DNA of 64,000 bases from Lama glama (taxonomy: Eukaryota). The DNA is taken from assembly GCA_028534125.1 (NCBI GenBank), contig CM052816.1, forward strand, positions 74,712,001 through 74,776,000. The letters run 5' to 3'. The position numbers were made by a program, and so were the translations under genes. Shown in pieces: positions 26,504 through 38,890 of the stretch. The notes beneath the pieces are model-generated. The model was not told the origin of the DNA. It saw only the letters and a program-made list of their open reading frames with translations, and ran no database searches. Position 1 is the stretch's first letter; each line of letters starts with the position of its first letter.

Positions 26504-29022
26504 CCCTTACAGTAAATTAGTATTGGTTAGACCATTCCTTTCCATGCTATAGGGACCAGGATATCATAAGACAGGAAAGATATTGAGAATGCAGAAAGGG
26601 CACTGAAGGGGACAGTGGACTCGAAACACCCAATTTACTCTGCCATCATTCTGTCCTGGGTTAGTCTTTGTTCAGTCTAGATTTTTATCAGGATTTTTTT
26701 TTTTGAACAGAATGCTAAATCTAAGTAGTGAATTCACCTTCCCTGAGAGCTTATCTAAGTACATGGAAATGAGAATTATTCCAAACAACAGGAAATAGAA
26801 AAGACAACGTGTGTATTTAATGGCCTGGGGTTGGTCAGGTTGCAGTGAGCAGGCTAGTTTCATTTAATGGCTCATTAGTGCGCTGCTGAAAAACAGTGTA
26901 ATAGTTCTAAGACAAAATCAGCAGCTAGACTAGCAAGCAGCTTGAGGCCCAGACATACATAAAAGTGTCCCAGGCAGAAAATAGTAAGTTGAAATTCATT
27001 TTGCAAAATATTAGCTAATGCATTTGTAAAAAACACATCACAGATATTCGGATGGGAAAATACAGCTGGTGAGTAATATTTCCAAAAAAGCCTATAAGTG
27101 TACACTCAGAATGAATTCTGCAATCTGATACCATGAAAAGAAAGACCAATTTTTAGTTGCCGGAGGCCTGGAAAAAGCATTAGCTTCATATGCTCTGACT
27201 CTGAGACTCTGAATGGTAAATATATCCAGGTGAGGTCACACCTGGAATTTTTTTATTTACTTTGGCTTATTTCAGGTCCAGATAGACAAATTATTTTGGC
27301 AAACATTCAAGAGTGCTCAATGACAAAGGTGGGGAAGGAAGTGGATGGAGAAGGTGGAAGGTGGAGGAGACAGAATATTACCAGGAGATTTTCCTAAGCA
27401 CCAAGACTGAATATTGTGCTGTATAAACACACTGACAAAATTGATTTACGGTGGAACCATTAAAAATGACTCATGCTCTAGCAAGTGGGGTGGTCGTCAT
27501 TTACAATGGGCTAGTGTAGCTTGCAGTTGACACAAGCAGAAAGTAGCCTTGTTAAGACAGAACTGTGTAAGAGATATGCTTATCTACTTATATTCATTCA
27601 GGAACCAGAATTAATTATAATATGTAAGGTTCTAAACATCCCCAGGAACTGTTTATATCAGTACTGGGAGGAAGTTCTTTAGACTGAGACTTTAAAGACA
27701 ACAAAACGATACCACACTATACATTTTACTGACCTCCACAAAATACTAAGGATCTATGTCTATATACATGGGTCTATGTATCTGTCATCTATCATGTATT
27801 TTGAAATCTATTTTCTAACTAAAGAATTAGAAATAAGTCATAATTAGTATGATCAAGAGAATAATTTGCATCCTCATCTGATGTAGATCCTAGTTTCTGT
27901 GTCTCATGATGTGCCCCTCCCAAGCAGTCTGTGCTGGGGTATCCATTTCTTAATGAAGGGCCTTTGAATTAACCCTAGAAAAAGCACACCAAATACAGGC
28001 TGTGTTCTTGGGAGGTGAGCTGATCAATTTCTTTGTAGCAGAGATTTTAATATTCTTTGGAGATACTGTTTCTATGGAAATAAACCTGTAAGTTTTTCAT
28101 AAAATTAAATTCATTACACATAACTTTGTTTTTAAGACCATCCCTTCAGGAATATATATATAGTCCATGTGTATTAGAAATAATTGATATAAACTAAGAT
28201 GATCAATTTCACTTCTACTAACTTGTCACTTTTACATCCTCAAAGAACCTTGCAGTTACGTGAATCACATTAAAATGGTCACCTCCATTTAAAATAGTCA
28301 AATAAGAGCCCAGAAAGACTAAATTACTTCTGTTTTAATACTTCGGTTTTACTTGATAAATACCATCCTGTGATGACTTCCTTCTCAACTGAATGGGAAA
28401 AGACAGGAGACCAGGTGACTCCCGTAGAGCCACTCTCTTCAGGTTCTGACTCCTGCCCTAGTCCGCTGGCCCCCCAAACTTTCCCTTCAAACCCTCTTGC
28501 TCTGGTCTGACTTTCCCAGTTTCTGTACTATTGCCTAATCTAAAAATAACTAACATTGTTTAATGGTATAACTATTAACATTGCATAATCTTCTAATCAA
28601 TCTACATAAAAGTATCCTTGGCTCACCATGAAAAAAAAATTGCTGTTGGTTCGTTGCTTATTTGCCAATCAGGCCTGAAAGTAAACTACTAAAGGGCATT
28701 TTGTTTAATCCACAAAATGTTTTATACATTGGTTCACTGGGGGCAAAACATATTTAAATGAGAAAGAATGGAGGGATCTAGCAGCCAGAGAGCTGAAGTT
28801 TGGTAGTCTTTCTGATGAGCAAGTTTGCTTGACTTGTTTAGTAATTGAAGATAGTCTGGTGTGCTTTTGGTATTAAGGATATCCCTGATGACAGTATAGT
28901 GAAAGTGATCCAAAGAATTGTTAAGAAAGTCAAAAGATCACCCCATAATGTGGCTGGCAGAAGGTTCCAAAAAGTGACTTCTTTGGCAGGATTGCAGTGT
29001 TTCTTTATCATCAGCTAATTCT

Positions 29023-29176
29023 CTTTTATTGTTTGTTTTTTAAATGTTTTTTTTTTTCTCCCCTGGGGGAAAGGTAATCAGGCTTACTTATTTTTTAGAA
29101 GAAGTACTGGGGATTGAACCCAGGATCGCATGCATGCTAAGCACGTGTTTTACCATTTGAGCTATCCCCTCCCCAC
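29023..29176 (-). mobile_element. Full-length tRNA-derived SINE (camelid Vic-1-like)
   Basis: Minus strand reads ggggaggggatagctcaaatggtaaaacacgtgcttagcatgcatgcgatcctgggttcaatccccagtac... with A and B boxes and an A-rich tail. Perfect 17-bp TSD tatcatcagctaattct at 29006-29022 and 29177-29193. Confidence 0.93.
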
Positions 29177-30429
29177 TATCATCAGCTAATTCTGATGTTT
29201 GTCTTTTAGAGCTTCGTTTCACAATTGAATTTTTGAAGTTACTTTTCTGTCTTCAACCTGTTCTTAAAAACTTGTAATGTTGGGTCTGCCAAGCCAGTTC
29301 ATTCTGGTATACCCTTGGGGGTATAATGAGCCCAAAGCCCAGGAAATAGTGATGTTCCACCACCTTATGATTCTTCTATATTCAGAGATGCTCATCATAC
29401 TGTGATTATAAAATGAAGCACAGGTCTGTATTGTTTTGTGAAAAGTGAAAATGTGGGTTCTCCTGATCCTGTTAGTGAAAGGAGTTTATCCACTTGATTC
29501 TCACCAAGACTTCTGCCTCCTCCCTGTGTTTATAAAGTTAATGAACCCTTTGAGGTTCCACACCCCAAACTTAAATATCCAAATTATGAGAGAACAGACA
29601 TTTCCATATAAGGGTTATGTGATTTAAACAATAGGTTTACTATTTTTATTAGTGATAGCATTTCTTTCTATCTGAAGGGTTCAGGATGAGAGGATGCTAA
29701 TATTTGGTGGTTTGTTGTTGCATTTTTTCACTTTTGACACATATGAAAAGAGATGGAAGACACAATATAAATGGCTAGTGATGAGGCTTTTGAATTCTGT
29801 ATCAATATTTTAATCCCTTGGCTAAATCTGCAATCATCTCTTCTCCAATAAGATTAAAACTGAAGTAGGTGGTACAGCATGATGGCTGTAGAGTAGTTTA
29901 ATAGAGATAAAGTGTAGAATTATCTTTTATTAAAGGCACTTAGGATAATTTCCTTTTCCATTTGAATACCTGTTAAAATTTCCTTTTGTACCTAAAGTTT
30001 TCTTATTAATCTCTAGTCATCTGAGCATTTTCAATCCAACAAATATATCCTTTAACTCTTTAATTCAGTGCTACATCTCAGGTTGAGTTTCTGAATCTGT
30101 AGCTACTGAAAACTATGATACATTAATAAAACTATAACAGTTTGAAAAGAAAAATATCTTTCCAGTATTTTCCAAGAAAAAGCAGTACAATTTCATAACT
30201 GCAAGGGAATCTTGAAGTATTTAATCCAACATCTTCATTTTACATAAAAGAAATAAGACTTAAAGGAAAAGAAAAATTTGTCTCTCATATAGCTAGCTAG
30301 CTCTAAAACATGTGTTTCTTTATTCTGGGTGAAGGTTGATCTCCCTATGTCGTGGGTCTGGTGTATGTAAGACTCTCTCATCACAGCCAGGTGTGCTGAT
30401 AGCTAAGGAAGGAGCCCCTGCAGAGGCAG

Positions 30430-30610
30430 AACAGCGTAGTGGATAAGGATCTGGGTCCTGGGCTGAGAAGATTCTGGTTTGCAAACCTGGCTCTACCAGC
30501 TATTGTTTTAGGCAAATTACTTAACTTCTCTGACCTCAGTTTCCTCATCTATAAAATGGAGTTTATAATCTTACTAAATCTACAGGTCATTGTAAAGGTC
30601 AAACGGGGCT
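30430..30610 (+). mobile_element. MIR SINE
   Basis: ggcaaattacttaacttctctgacctcagtttcctcatctataaaatgg core. Confidence 0.88.
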
Positions 30611-31079
30611 CTGACACTATTATTATAAAGTCAGTATGTTTCAGAATAAGTATCCTAACTACAGTTTTGATAACCATGAGTGGAGTTCAGTCATTTTAAT
30701 ATTGAGAACGTTATCTTTTTATCTTTAGACCACAAAATTCAATAAGCAGAGGGTAAGAAAGATCCAAATCAATTCTGACTAACAGACTAGTCTTAATGTT
30801 TTGATTTATCAAACCCAGTTAGGCTGTGTGAACTGGAAATCTGAGTCTTTTCCCAGAGACTCAGATAATTTTTACCACAATTCCAGGCAGCAGAGCATCT
30901 ATCTCAACTTGTGACATCTCCAGGGACAGAGATTTGAGAGCCCTCTAGTGAGTACGTTTTGGGGGCTCTAATCTCCATTTTCTTCTCAGTTTACCTCCCT
31001 AAGAAAACATCAAGAAAAGACGAAAGTCAAAGTTGAATTTACTGAATACTTGTAGCAATATGTAGACAATATCCTAAAT

Positions 31080-31480
31080 TTGTGATTTGGGTTCCTCCAT
31101 GTTTGAGTATGAGTGGTTTATTTATGAAGTGATCTCAGAGGGATCAGTAGGGGAGCAGAAAACTAGAAAGAAAAGTGAAAGAGGTGTATTATTAAGCAGG
31201 TTATTGCTGTGAGCAACTGGGACTCAATCTCTCCATGGAAAAAGATGGAGACCATCACCAAGATTTATCAGACCTGATATACGAGAAAGTTAGAATATTT
31301 ACCCTTTAACTTCAGCCATTCTTGGCTGAGAGATGTTCCTGGGCGATTTAATTCCCTCACACTTCCAGCCTGTGCCATACATGGGCTAAGAGAAAGCCAC
31401 GTGAGCATCGCAGGAGAATGCTCTGGCTTAAACTTGACCAGAGAGTACAAAAAGAATATGAGTGATGTTCACTGTAGCCT
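31080..31480 (-). mobile_element. Old ERVL LTR (LTR33/LTR16-like)
   Basis: gtggtttatttatgaagtgatctcag, gcaggttattgctgtgagcaactgggactcaatc. Confidence 0.55.
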
Positions 31481-32800
31481 ATCTTACGATAAAAGCAAGC
31501 ACCACTGGAAAGCATCTGTCCCTAGAATGTGATTCACGAAACTGAAGAATCTTATATATTTATAGAAGTAAATTTCTTTGAAGAAATAAAAATAGACCAT
31601 ACTACATCCCTCTTAGAAAAAGCAGTGGAAGGTGCACAACAGGTGCCCCTTTGCACATGAGGATGAAGATGCATGTATTTAAGCCCACATCCTTCTGGTT
31701 GCATCTTCATTTTTCACTTCACTAAAACTGTTTGGAAACGTGACCTATTAGAAATCACTCTGAAACCCAAGAGGCCATTATCTTGGCGGTGCCCATTTTC
31801 CACTCAATGCACAGTGACAAGATGCTTATCAAGTTGGTGGAAACATCAACAGTCCAAGACTTGGCTTTCCATTAAGCATTGTATTCTGCAAAAATTCAGT
31901 GGAGGACTAATTATAAGTGGACAGAAGGATAATACAGATAATACTGAAAGAATAGCAATATAAGGAAAGTTAGCATGAATCTAACTCAAGGTTCAGAATA
32001 AGTTCAAGCTGTTGCTCTGGCACAGGCTTTCACTTGGGACCAGAAGGAAGGGTGGGAAATTTCAAAATTACCCAACATGTTTTCTTATTGTACTTGGAAA
32101 GATGTCTAATGTTTTTTCTCTTCTTTTTCCATTTATGAAATGAACCCAATTGCTTGTGTTTCTGGGTTGTATTCACACAACTCAGAATTAAAGCACCATC
32201 TTGGGTCTTTCTTCTTCTCTACACAGGCTCACTAACCTGCTAATTAGGAAAGGACACTAATAACATATATTGAATTTACTTGCATGCCATGACTTGCTGT
32301 AACGACAATGCAATGTTACCCTTACCTTTTTCAGCCAAAGTTATAAACAAACAAACAAAATTACCTGGTAAGGATGCCTTGTCAATAACTTTTGATGAGA
32401 CAGAGTATCAGTAACTTACTCTGCAGAAGCAGCCTTTGGATAAGAGTTGTACATTAGAATAGCAGCTGAATGATTGTTGTAAGATCCACAGCTGTAGAGG
32501 TAAATGAACTTCTCTTTTGGTATACTCTGTGATATAGTCGAAATGGTAAACCCAAACTATTTAAAAGTATGTCTATGAAGGCAGAACATTTGCTTCCATT
32601 AGGCGTTAAGGTGGAAAATTCGGCATAAAGTTGAGTTTGGTCAGCAGCAACTTCCAGCAAAGCAGAATAGGGACACTGGATTTTGGGGGGCTGATGTTCA
32701 TGATTGCAATTAGTTAATATTTAATGGCAATTAAATATCTGATTAATGACAAAACAACCAACTAGGACATGGTTAAATCCTTTATTTTCACTTTTTAAAA

Positions 32801-33017
32801 TGGAGGTTGGTAAGCTATGTCCCATGAACCAAATTGAACCCACCATTGTTTCTATAAGTAAAGTTTTTTGGAACTCTAGCCGTGTTCCTTTACGTATTGT
32901 TTTGGGCTGTTTTTGCATTACTGTGGCAGTGTTGAGCAATTGTGACAGAGACCAATGGCCCACAAAGCCTAAAATATTTACTATTTGGCTTGTTATAGAA
33001 AAAGTTTACTCACCTTT
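32801..33017 (-). mobile_element. MER58A hAT transposon
   Basis: taagtaaagttttttggaac...ggcccacaaagcctaaaatatttactatttggc. Confidence 0.85.
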
Positions 33018-33204
33018 ACTACAGAGACATGATTTACTATTATTTTTGTGCAAAATATGATTGATAGACTGCTTAAAGAGACCAAGGATGAGGGTTTCAT
33101 TGCCATGTGTGCATGTTAATACCACCTTGTCATGCTGACTCTGATCTGCCCTCTTACAAATAAATGCTATTAGCCATAGAGAAACTGACATACCAAAAAT
33201 TAGA

Positions 33205-33340
33205 ATGCAAATTGTTAGAGTTGGGAGCTAGCCATGGGGGTCATATAGTTTGAAGTTCTAATTTTATAGGTGAGGAATGAGAACCAGAGAGGTCAAGAGG
33301 TTTGCCCAAGGCTACTCAGCTCATAGCAGAGGGAGGACAC
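33205..33340 (-). mobile_element. MIR remnant
   Basis: attttataggtgaggaatgagaaccagagaggtcaagaggtttgcccaagg. Confidence 0.7.
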
Positions 33341-33469
33341 CATTTCTCCTAAAACAAATAAACAAAGACCTTCTGATGAAGCCCAGTCCCTTCTGATGTA
33401 CATCAGGGAATATTAATTTTTTTCAAGAACAGTCCTCCATTCTAAGTTGAGTCAACTGTTTCTCTAATA

Positions 33470-33657
33470 CAATGGTTCTCAAACTATCAGAATTCTAAGA
33501 GAGCTTTTTAACATGAATATTGCAGGCTTGACCACTCCTTTCGCCCTAATTGCTGATGCAGTGGGTCTAGGGTAGGTCTCAGGAATTTGCATCTCTAACA
33601 AGTTTTCCAAGCGCTGCTAATGTTGTTGGTCTAGAGGTCACCTTTAAGACGCACTGC
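33470..33657 (+). mobile_element. MER5A hAT transposon
   Basis: caatggttctcaaact...gcagtgggtctagggtagg...ggaatttgcatctctaacaagtttt...gcactg. Confidence 0.85.
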
Positions 33658-35032
33658 TGGAATACACTGAGACTGATTAATTTCTGTCCCTCTCATGTAT
33701 AAGCACTTTGCCCCAAAGCTAAAACCTCCATTACCTGCCCATGGTTTACTAGAGAATGGTAATCAACAAAGAACTAGCAACAATCTCCTTAAAGGCAATT
33801 CTTTCACACTATTACAGTATACCAATTAAAGCAAAAAGCAAAAAACAGGAACAAATGAGACTAATCAGTCTCAGTTATCAAGCAGAAACAGATATAGAGA
33901 GCAGATGATGTAAAAGTTTTCATTCTGTGGGTGTGGAGCAATTGAGAGTAGAAGGTAGAAGTGTTTGTAAGGGTAGGAGAGAGGAGATGAGACATTATAG
34001 GGTGTTAAGATGTCAAAATGTTCTCAGCATTTTTAAGTACATGATTCATTAGGTAGTGAATCATAGAATTTACGTTGTGAGAGATCATCTAATACTATCT
34101 TCTTCCCCACATACAAATTTGTGATAATCTAAGATGTCTGTATGTGGATTTACATAAATATTTATTCCATAAAATTTTAATGTTAAAACTGTTCAAGTCG
34201 CCTCACATTCATAAATTCACAAAATCCTCTTATGGTCAAAGTTTTCTTTTACAACTAGAAAAACAAGAAACAAATTATATTAAGCACCTAATATATAACA
34301 AACCGCTAACAAGACAAAGAAAAATGATAAATCCCCTTGATTCTTAGTGAATGGGGGGGCATTAATGGAAATAAATAAGAAATAGAGGTCTATTTTTCTT
34401 GGATACTTTGTAATTTAAGTTGTTTTGCCTTTTCTTGTGAAAAAAAGTTGGGGAGAAATATCATCTCAAAAGATTAAATTTGAACTGGGCAGTGATGAAC
34501 AAGTATAATTCACACTCCACCCTCTCAACAGTCATCAGTAAACACACTTGAAGTGGCTTCTTGCAAGAGAAAGTCCTGCAAATTCAGAACTGGGAAAATT
34601 TAAACCTGATGTTTCTCACTTCCTTCCAACTTATCCTGTGTCTGTTGCAACACTTGACTTTTCCTCTGCATCTGTGCCTGTGGACTGCTGGACTGCTGGA
34701 GCTGGGTCTCTCTGGCTGTTGCTCGTGAGATTGTGAGGCCCAAGCTGGGCATGCCTGAAACTGAGCTCACCCCTGCCCTTCCCCTCACTTGCCCCTGACT
34801 GCTCCCTCTCTGGACGCCCTTACTTCTGTCAGAGTTCTCACTGTTCTTCAGAAGCACAAGCCTGGAACCTCAGCGTGAACCCTGCCAACTCCTTCTTCCC
34901 TCTCCAATCTAGCCTGTTCCCAGCCTTCTTCATCCCTCCTTTATAATGTCTTTCACACCTGTTCTCTTGATCCCTCCTCTCTCTCTCCTCTGCCTCTCTT
35001 CCACTCCCATCCACCCCCTCTAACACCTCCTC

Positions 35033-35270
35033 AGGGCATAGTGGTTAAGAACATGGGCTTCGAGCTCAGACACTGAGACTCTGCTGCCAGCTCCCATGCT
35101 TCTTAGCTGGGTGACTTTTGATCTTGAAGTATCTGAGCCTCAATGTCATCATTTTATTTTAAAAGTGGACATAATAATACTTGCCCATAGGGTTGTTATG
35201 AGGATAAAAGAAGATACTCATGATATGTAGCCTGGTATCTGGCACACAATAAGTGCCCCCAGATAGAATG
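35033..35270 (+). mobile_element. MIR SINE
   Basis: gcatagtggttaagaacatgggctt...catagggttgttatgaggataaa...tctggcacacaataagtgc. Confidence 0.85.
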
Positions 35271-35621
35271 ACTATAAAAGTTACCATCCAAGAGAAGGAC
35301 TTGTGTAGCTTCAATTCTCTACCCCTTACACGCAAATACTTTCGTATATAATCTTGTATTCCAAAATTTTATTTTCTCACAGATAACCTTTATTGCTTTA
35401 TATGAAGGATTCATCTTCCACTCTGGATTAAAGGACCTTGTAGAGAGAGAAAAGCAAGAAGTGTTTCCTCCAACACTACGTAGGAATAATGGGGAGAATT
35501 TCTTCCTTTGTGCAAATGTCAGAAAATCAGAGAAGGCTCTCCCTTCTTTCCCTGAGTAGTATTTATATACTGTGTTTAAGTTTTTAGGGTGCTTTCAATT
35601 TGCCATTTTCTTGAACCAAAC

Positions 35622-36079
35622 TGATATGGATTAAATTGTGTCACCCCCAAATTCTTAAGTTGAAGTCCTAAAGGCCAATACCTCAGAATGTGATCTTATT
35701 TGGAAATAGAGTCATTGCAGATATAATTAATTATGATGAGGTTTTACTAGAGTAGCCTCTAATCCAATGTGGCTGGTGTCATTATGAGAAGGGGAAAACT
35801 GGACACAGGTGCACACACAGGGAGAACATTATGTGAACACAAAGGCAGAAACCAGGATTTTGCTGCAGAAGTCAAAGGACATCAAAGATAGCCAGCAAAC
35901 CACTAGATGCTGGGAGAGAGGCATGGAGTGGATTCTCCTTTGTCCCTTCGGAGGAGGCATGGCCTTGTTGACACCTTGACATCAGACTTCCCGCTTGCAG
36001 AATTATGAGGTGATACATTCTTATTGTATAAGCCCCTCTGTTTGTGGTAGTTTGTTATGACAGCTAGCAAACTAATAAA
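35622..36079 (+). mobile_element. MLT1 (MaLR) solo LTR, MLT1B/C-like
   Basis: gttgaagtcctaa...cctcagaatgtgatcttatttggaaatagagtcattgcagat...tttgtggtagtttgttatgacagc. Confidence 0.88.
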
Positions 36080-37153
36080 CTTACAAAGATGCTATGAGAC
36101 AATAGGCCGGGACTCCAAAGTAGACTAGGGTCTGAAGGTGTTACTTCCAGCAGCAGCTGAGGGCTGAGGTAGCTGGGGAGGGACCAGGAAATCAGGGAGT
36201 TGCTGCCAGGTAGAAGTTAGTGACCCAGGCTGGGTCCTCAGGCAGCACCTCTGCTTTCCTCCCTGCTCATGTGCGACAAAGAGAGAAACAGGAAGTAGAC
36301 CAGGGCTGTTAGCGTCTGGGAAGCCCAAAAATGCAAGTAGCTATTTCCCCATTGCTGAAAGTCCATCTTCCTGAAAGAGAGTGGAGTCCTCCTGAGCAAC
36401 TAAAGAGCAGAGGGCTTTATGCACCCAGGCCAACCAGCCCAGAATGGTTTTTAGTTTGTAGAATTTCCCATCTAACAGTTTCCCAGTGCACTAAATTATT
36501 ATAGTCAGCTGACACTATCCCTGCTTTATCTAATCCACCGGCCAGAACAAATCATAATACACCTTTAAAGGTGAGAAGGGTGAGCTAACTCATCATCCCA
36601 TTCCAATAAGAATGGAACACGGGCCGGTGCCAGCTGTTTTCTACATCTGAGGCTTTTCTCTTTAACTGTGAATTTATGACTGCTTCATGGATAACTGAAT
36701 TGGCTGGATGACTGATATCAAGGTAAGTGGGATTTTATTTTAATCAGAAAATAAACCCCTCTCAAATTTACCATCTGAAAGGCATCCAGGTCTACCCCCT
36801 TGGGAGCTGATTTTGGTGTCTTCATGGCGCTGAGAATGGCAGCCCAGGGTGGCTCAGGAACCAGATCATCGCCTGGGTGACACAGAGCATGCTGGGGACT
36901 CCACCATGATGCCCTTTGTTAGACTGAGCTACAGTCACCTGGAAGGGAGCACCTAAGCAACAGGTCTGCTGTGAACAGTGCAGAGCTAGTTTTTCTTGCT
37001 TTCTGTGGGCTTTTCCTTTTGTTTTTGGATTTTGAAAACTTTTGTAATAAAAAAGTGCTATCATTTCCCCTTTATAATGTACAGTCAGGCCTAGACAAGC
37101 ATGAGTGCAATCTTAAAACCCATTGAATTGAAAGCCTGTTGACCTCGCCATAA

Positions 37154-37346
37154 TAAGCTTGCCAGATAAAACGACCATGCAGCTAGTTAAATATGAATTT
37201 CAGTTAAAAAATGATTAATTTTTACTATAAGTGTCTCCCAAATATGACATGGGACATACTTATAGTAAAAAATTATCCATTATTTACCTGAAATTCAAAT
37301 TTAACTGGATGCCCTGTATTTTAATTTGCTAAGTCTGGCAACCCTA
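37154..37346. mobile_element. MER53 palindromic hAT MITE, full length (193 bp)
   Basis: ttgccagataaaa...tctggcaacccta termini, internal palindrome tttttactataagtgtctccca/tgggacatacttatagtaaaaa. Confidence 0.9.
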
Positions 37347-38094
37347 CTCTGTCAGAGATGGGCATTTTCTATCCCTGTTTTCCTATTCCTTTACTCAAAG
37401 AAGAAGATGTTACTCAATTCTTTTTTTTCCCTTAGCAAAGAAGTACTTTGAGTGCCCTAGAAGTTTTTTTATTGTTGTTGTTGCTGTTTTGGTTTTTTTT
37501 TTTAAGCACTCAAGTAAATTGTGTGGAAACTGTTTAAAATGCCAGTTCATGAGTCTCACGTAAGTCGTTTTTAACAATTGGATTCTGAAGCACCTCAGGA
37601 GAGTCTTACACACCGTAAATATGAGAAGAAATGATCCCTAGGATGTGGACATCATAAAGCCTGATGTGTCGTTTCTCACTGCAAAATGTATTGCATCAGT
37701 CTGAGTGATGGTGGTCTCAACCAGCAGGGCCATGGGGGAAGGGTTGAGATCTGATAGCACCGAGAGACTACTGAATTTTTATCATGTTATTGGTTACTTA
37801 AAATAACAGTATTTATCACTAATACTTTTCGAGACATTGTCAAAATATATACTTGTATGTAATTAAACTGGTTAAAAAATAACAAAGGTATAATTTTTGT
37901 TCATAATTTGCCTACACACTTGTGCTCACCTCCAGGCCCGGGCCTAGGGACAAACTATCATTTGCAATGTACCTAAGTCTTCAAATTATATCACGGTGCA
38001 AACACTACTTGGAATAATAAAGAATCCAGAAAGTTTTGCTACAGTTTAACAAAAATCTTTTATATTGACATTAAGTGATAGATGATGTAACTTT

Positions 38095-38300
38095 TAATCT
38101 CAGGCTAGATAGCAAGTTATTTTCTTGTGCAAGGTATTGATCTCTCTAAGTTTACTTTCTCATCTAGATGATAATAATAGTAATAGTACTACTTTAGGGT
38201 TTGGGGAGAATTAACCTAAATTATATGGGTAAAGAAATCAGCATTACTGCTTGGCACACAGCAAAGTGCTCAGCAAATATTAGTTGCTTTATTATTACTA
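38095..38300 (+). mobile_element. MIR remnant
   Basis: ttctcatctagatgataataatagta...ttggcacacagcaaagtgctcagcaaatattag. Confidence 0.7.
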
Positions 38301-38504
38301 AAAACATTATTTCATGTATAAAATCATAAAACTTCCAAAAGATATATAATTGGAGAAGGTTTTTCCAGAGCAGTTCTTTCCTAATTTTGAGTTTTGGTGC
38401 TATTACGGGAAGACACCACTTTAAAACCAGAGCACAGTGCCATGGATGCGATGAAAGGACATGCAATCAGTAAGCAATTTAATTTAAAAAATTATCTATA
38501 TTCA

Positions 38505-38890
38505 GACCAGTGTGGCTGAAGAACAATGAAAAAGAGAACAGCAGGATGAGATTGTCTAAAAAGCTGGAGACTGATTTGAAATGCTCCCATTTTAATTTAT
38601 TTATTTTATTCTGAATGTGATGGGGAACCATTTGAGGGATTTAAGTAAAGAAGAGACATGAGCAGACTTGCTTTCTGAAAGGATCATTCTGGCTTCCCTC
38701 ATTTCCTCAGGCAATAAATAATCTCTCCTTCTATTTCTACTTTGTCTGATGTTTATGGTTGTTTGTTTTGTTTTCTATGTATACCTTCCTTGATTAAATG
38801 TAAACATAATGAAGATGGGAAATGACCTTACGTGTTTTTATAAACCCTATATTACAAGATGCCTTGCGAATAATAGCTAGTCAACAATCA
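38505..38890. mobile_element. L2 fragments
   Basis: ccagtgtggctgaag, gatggggaaccatttgagggatttaag, aaaggatcattctggct. Confidence 0.6.

Noticed and set aside
29095..29176. tRNA-Ala gene on the minus strand
   Set aside because: The A-rich tail, SINE-specific 3' body and 17-bp TSD show it is a SINE.
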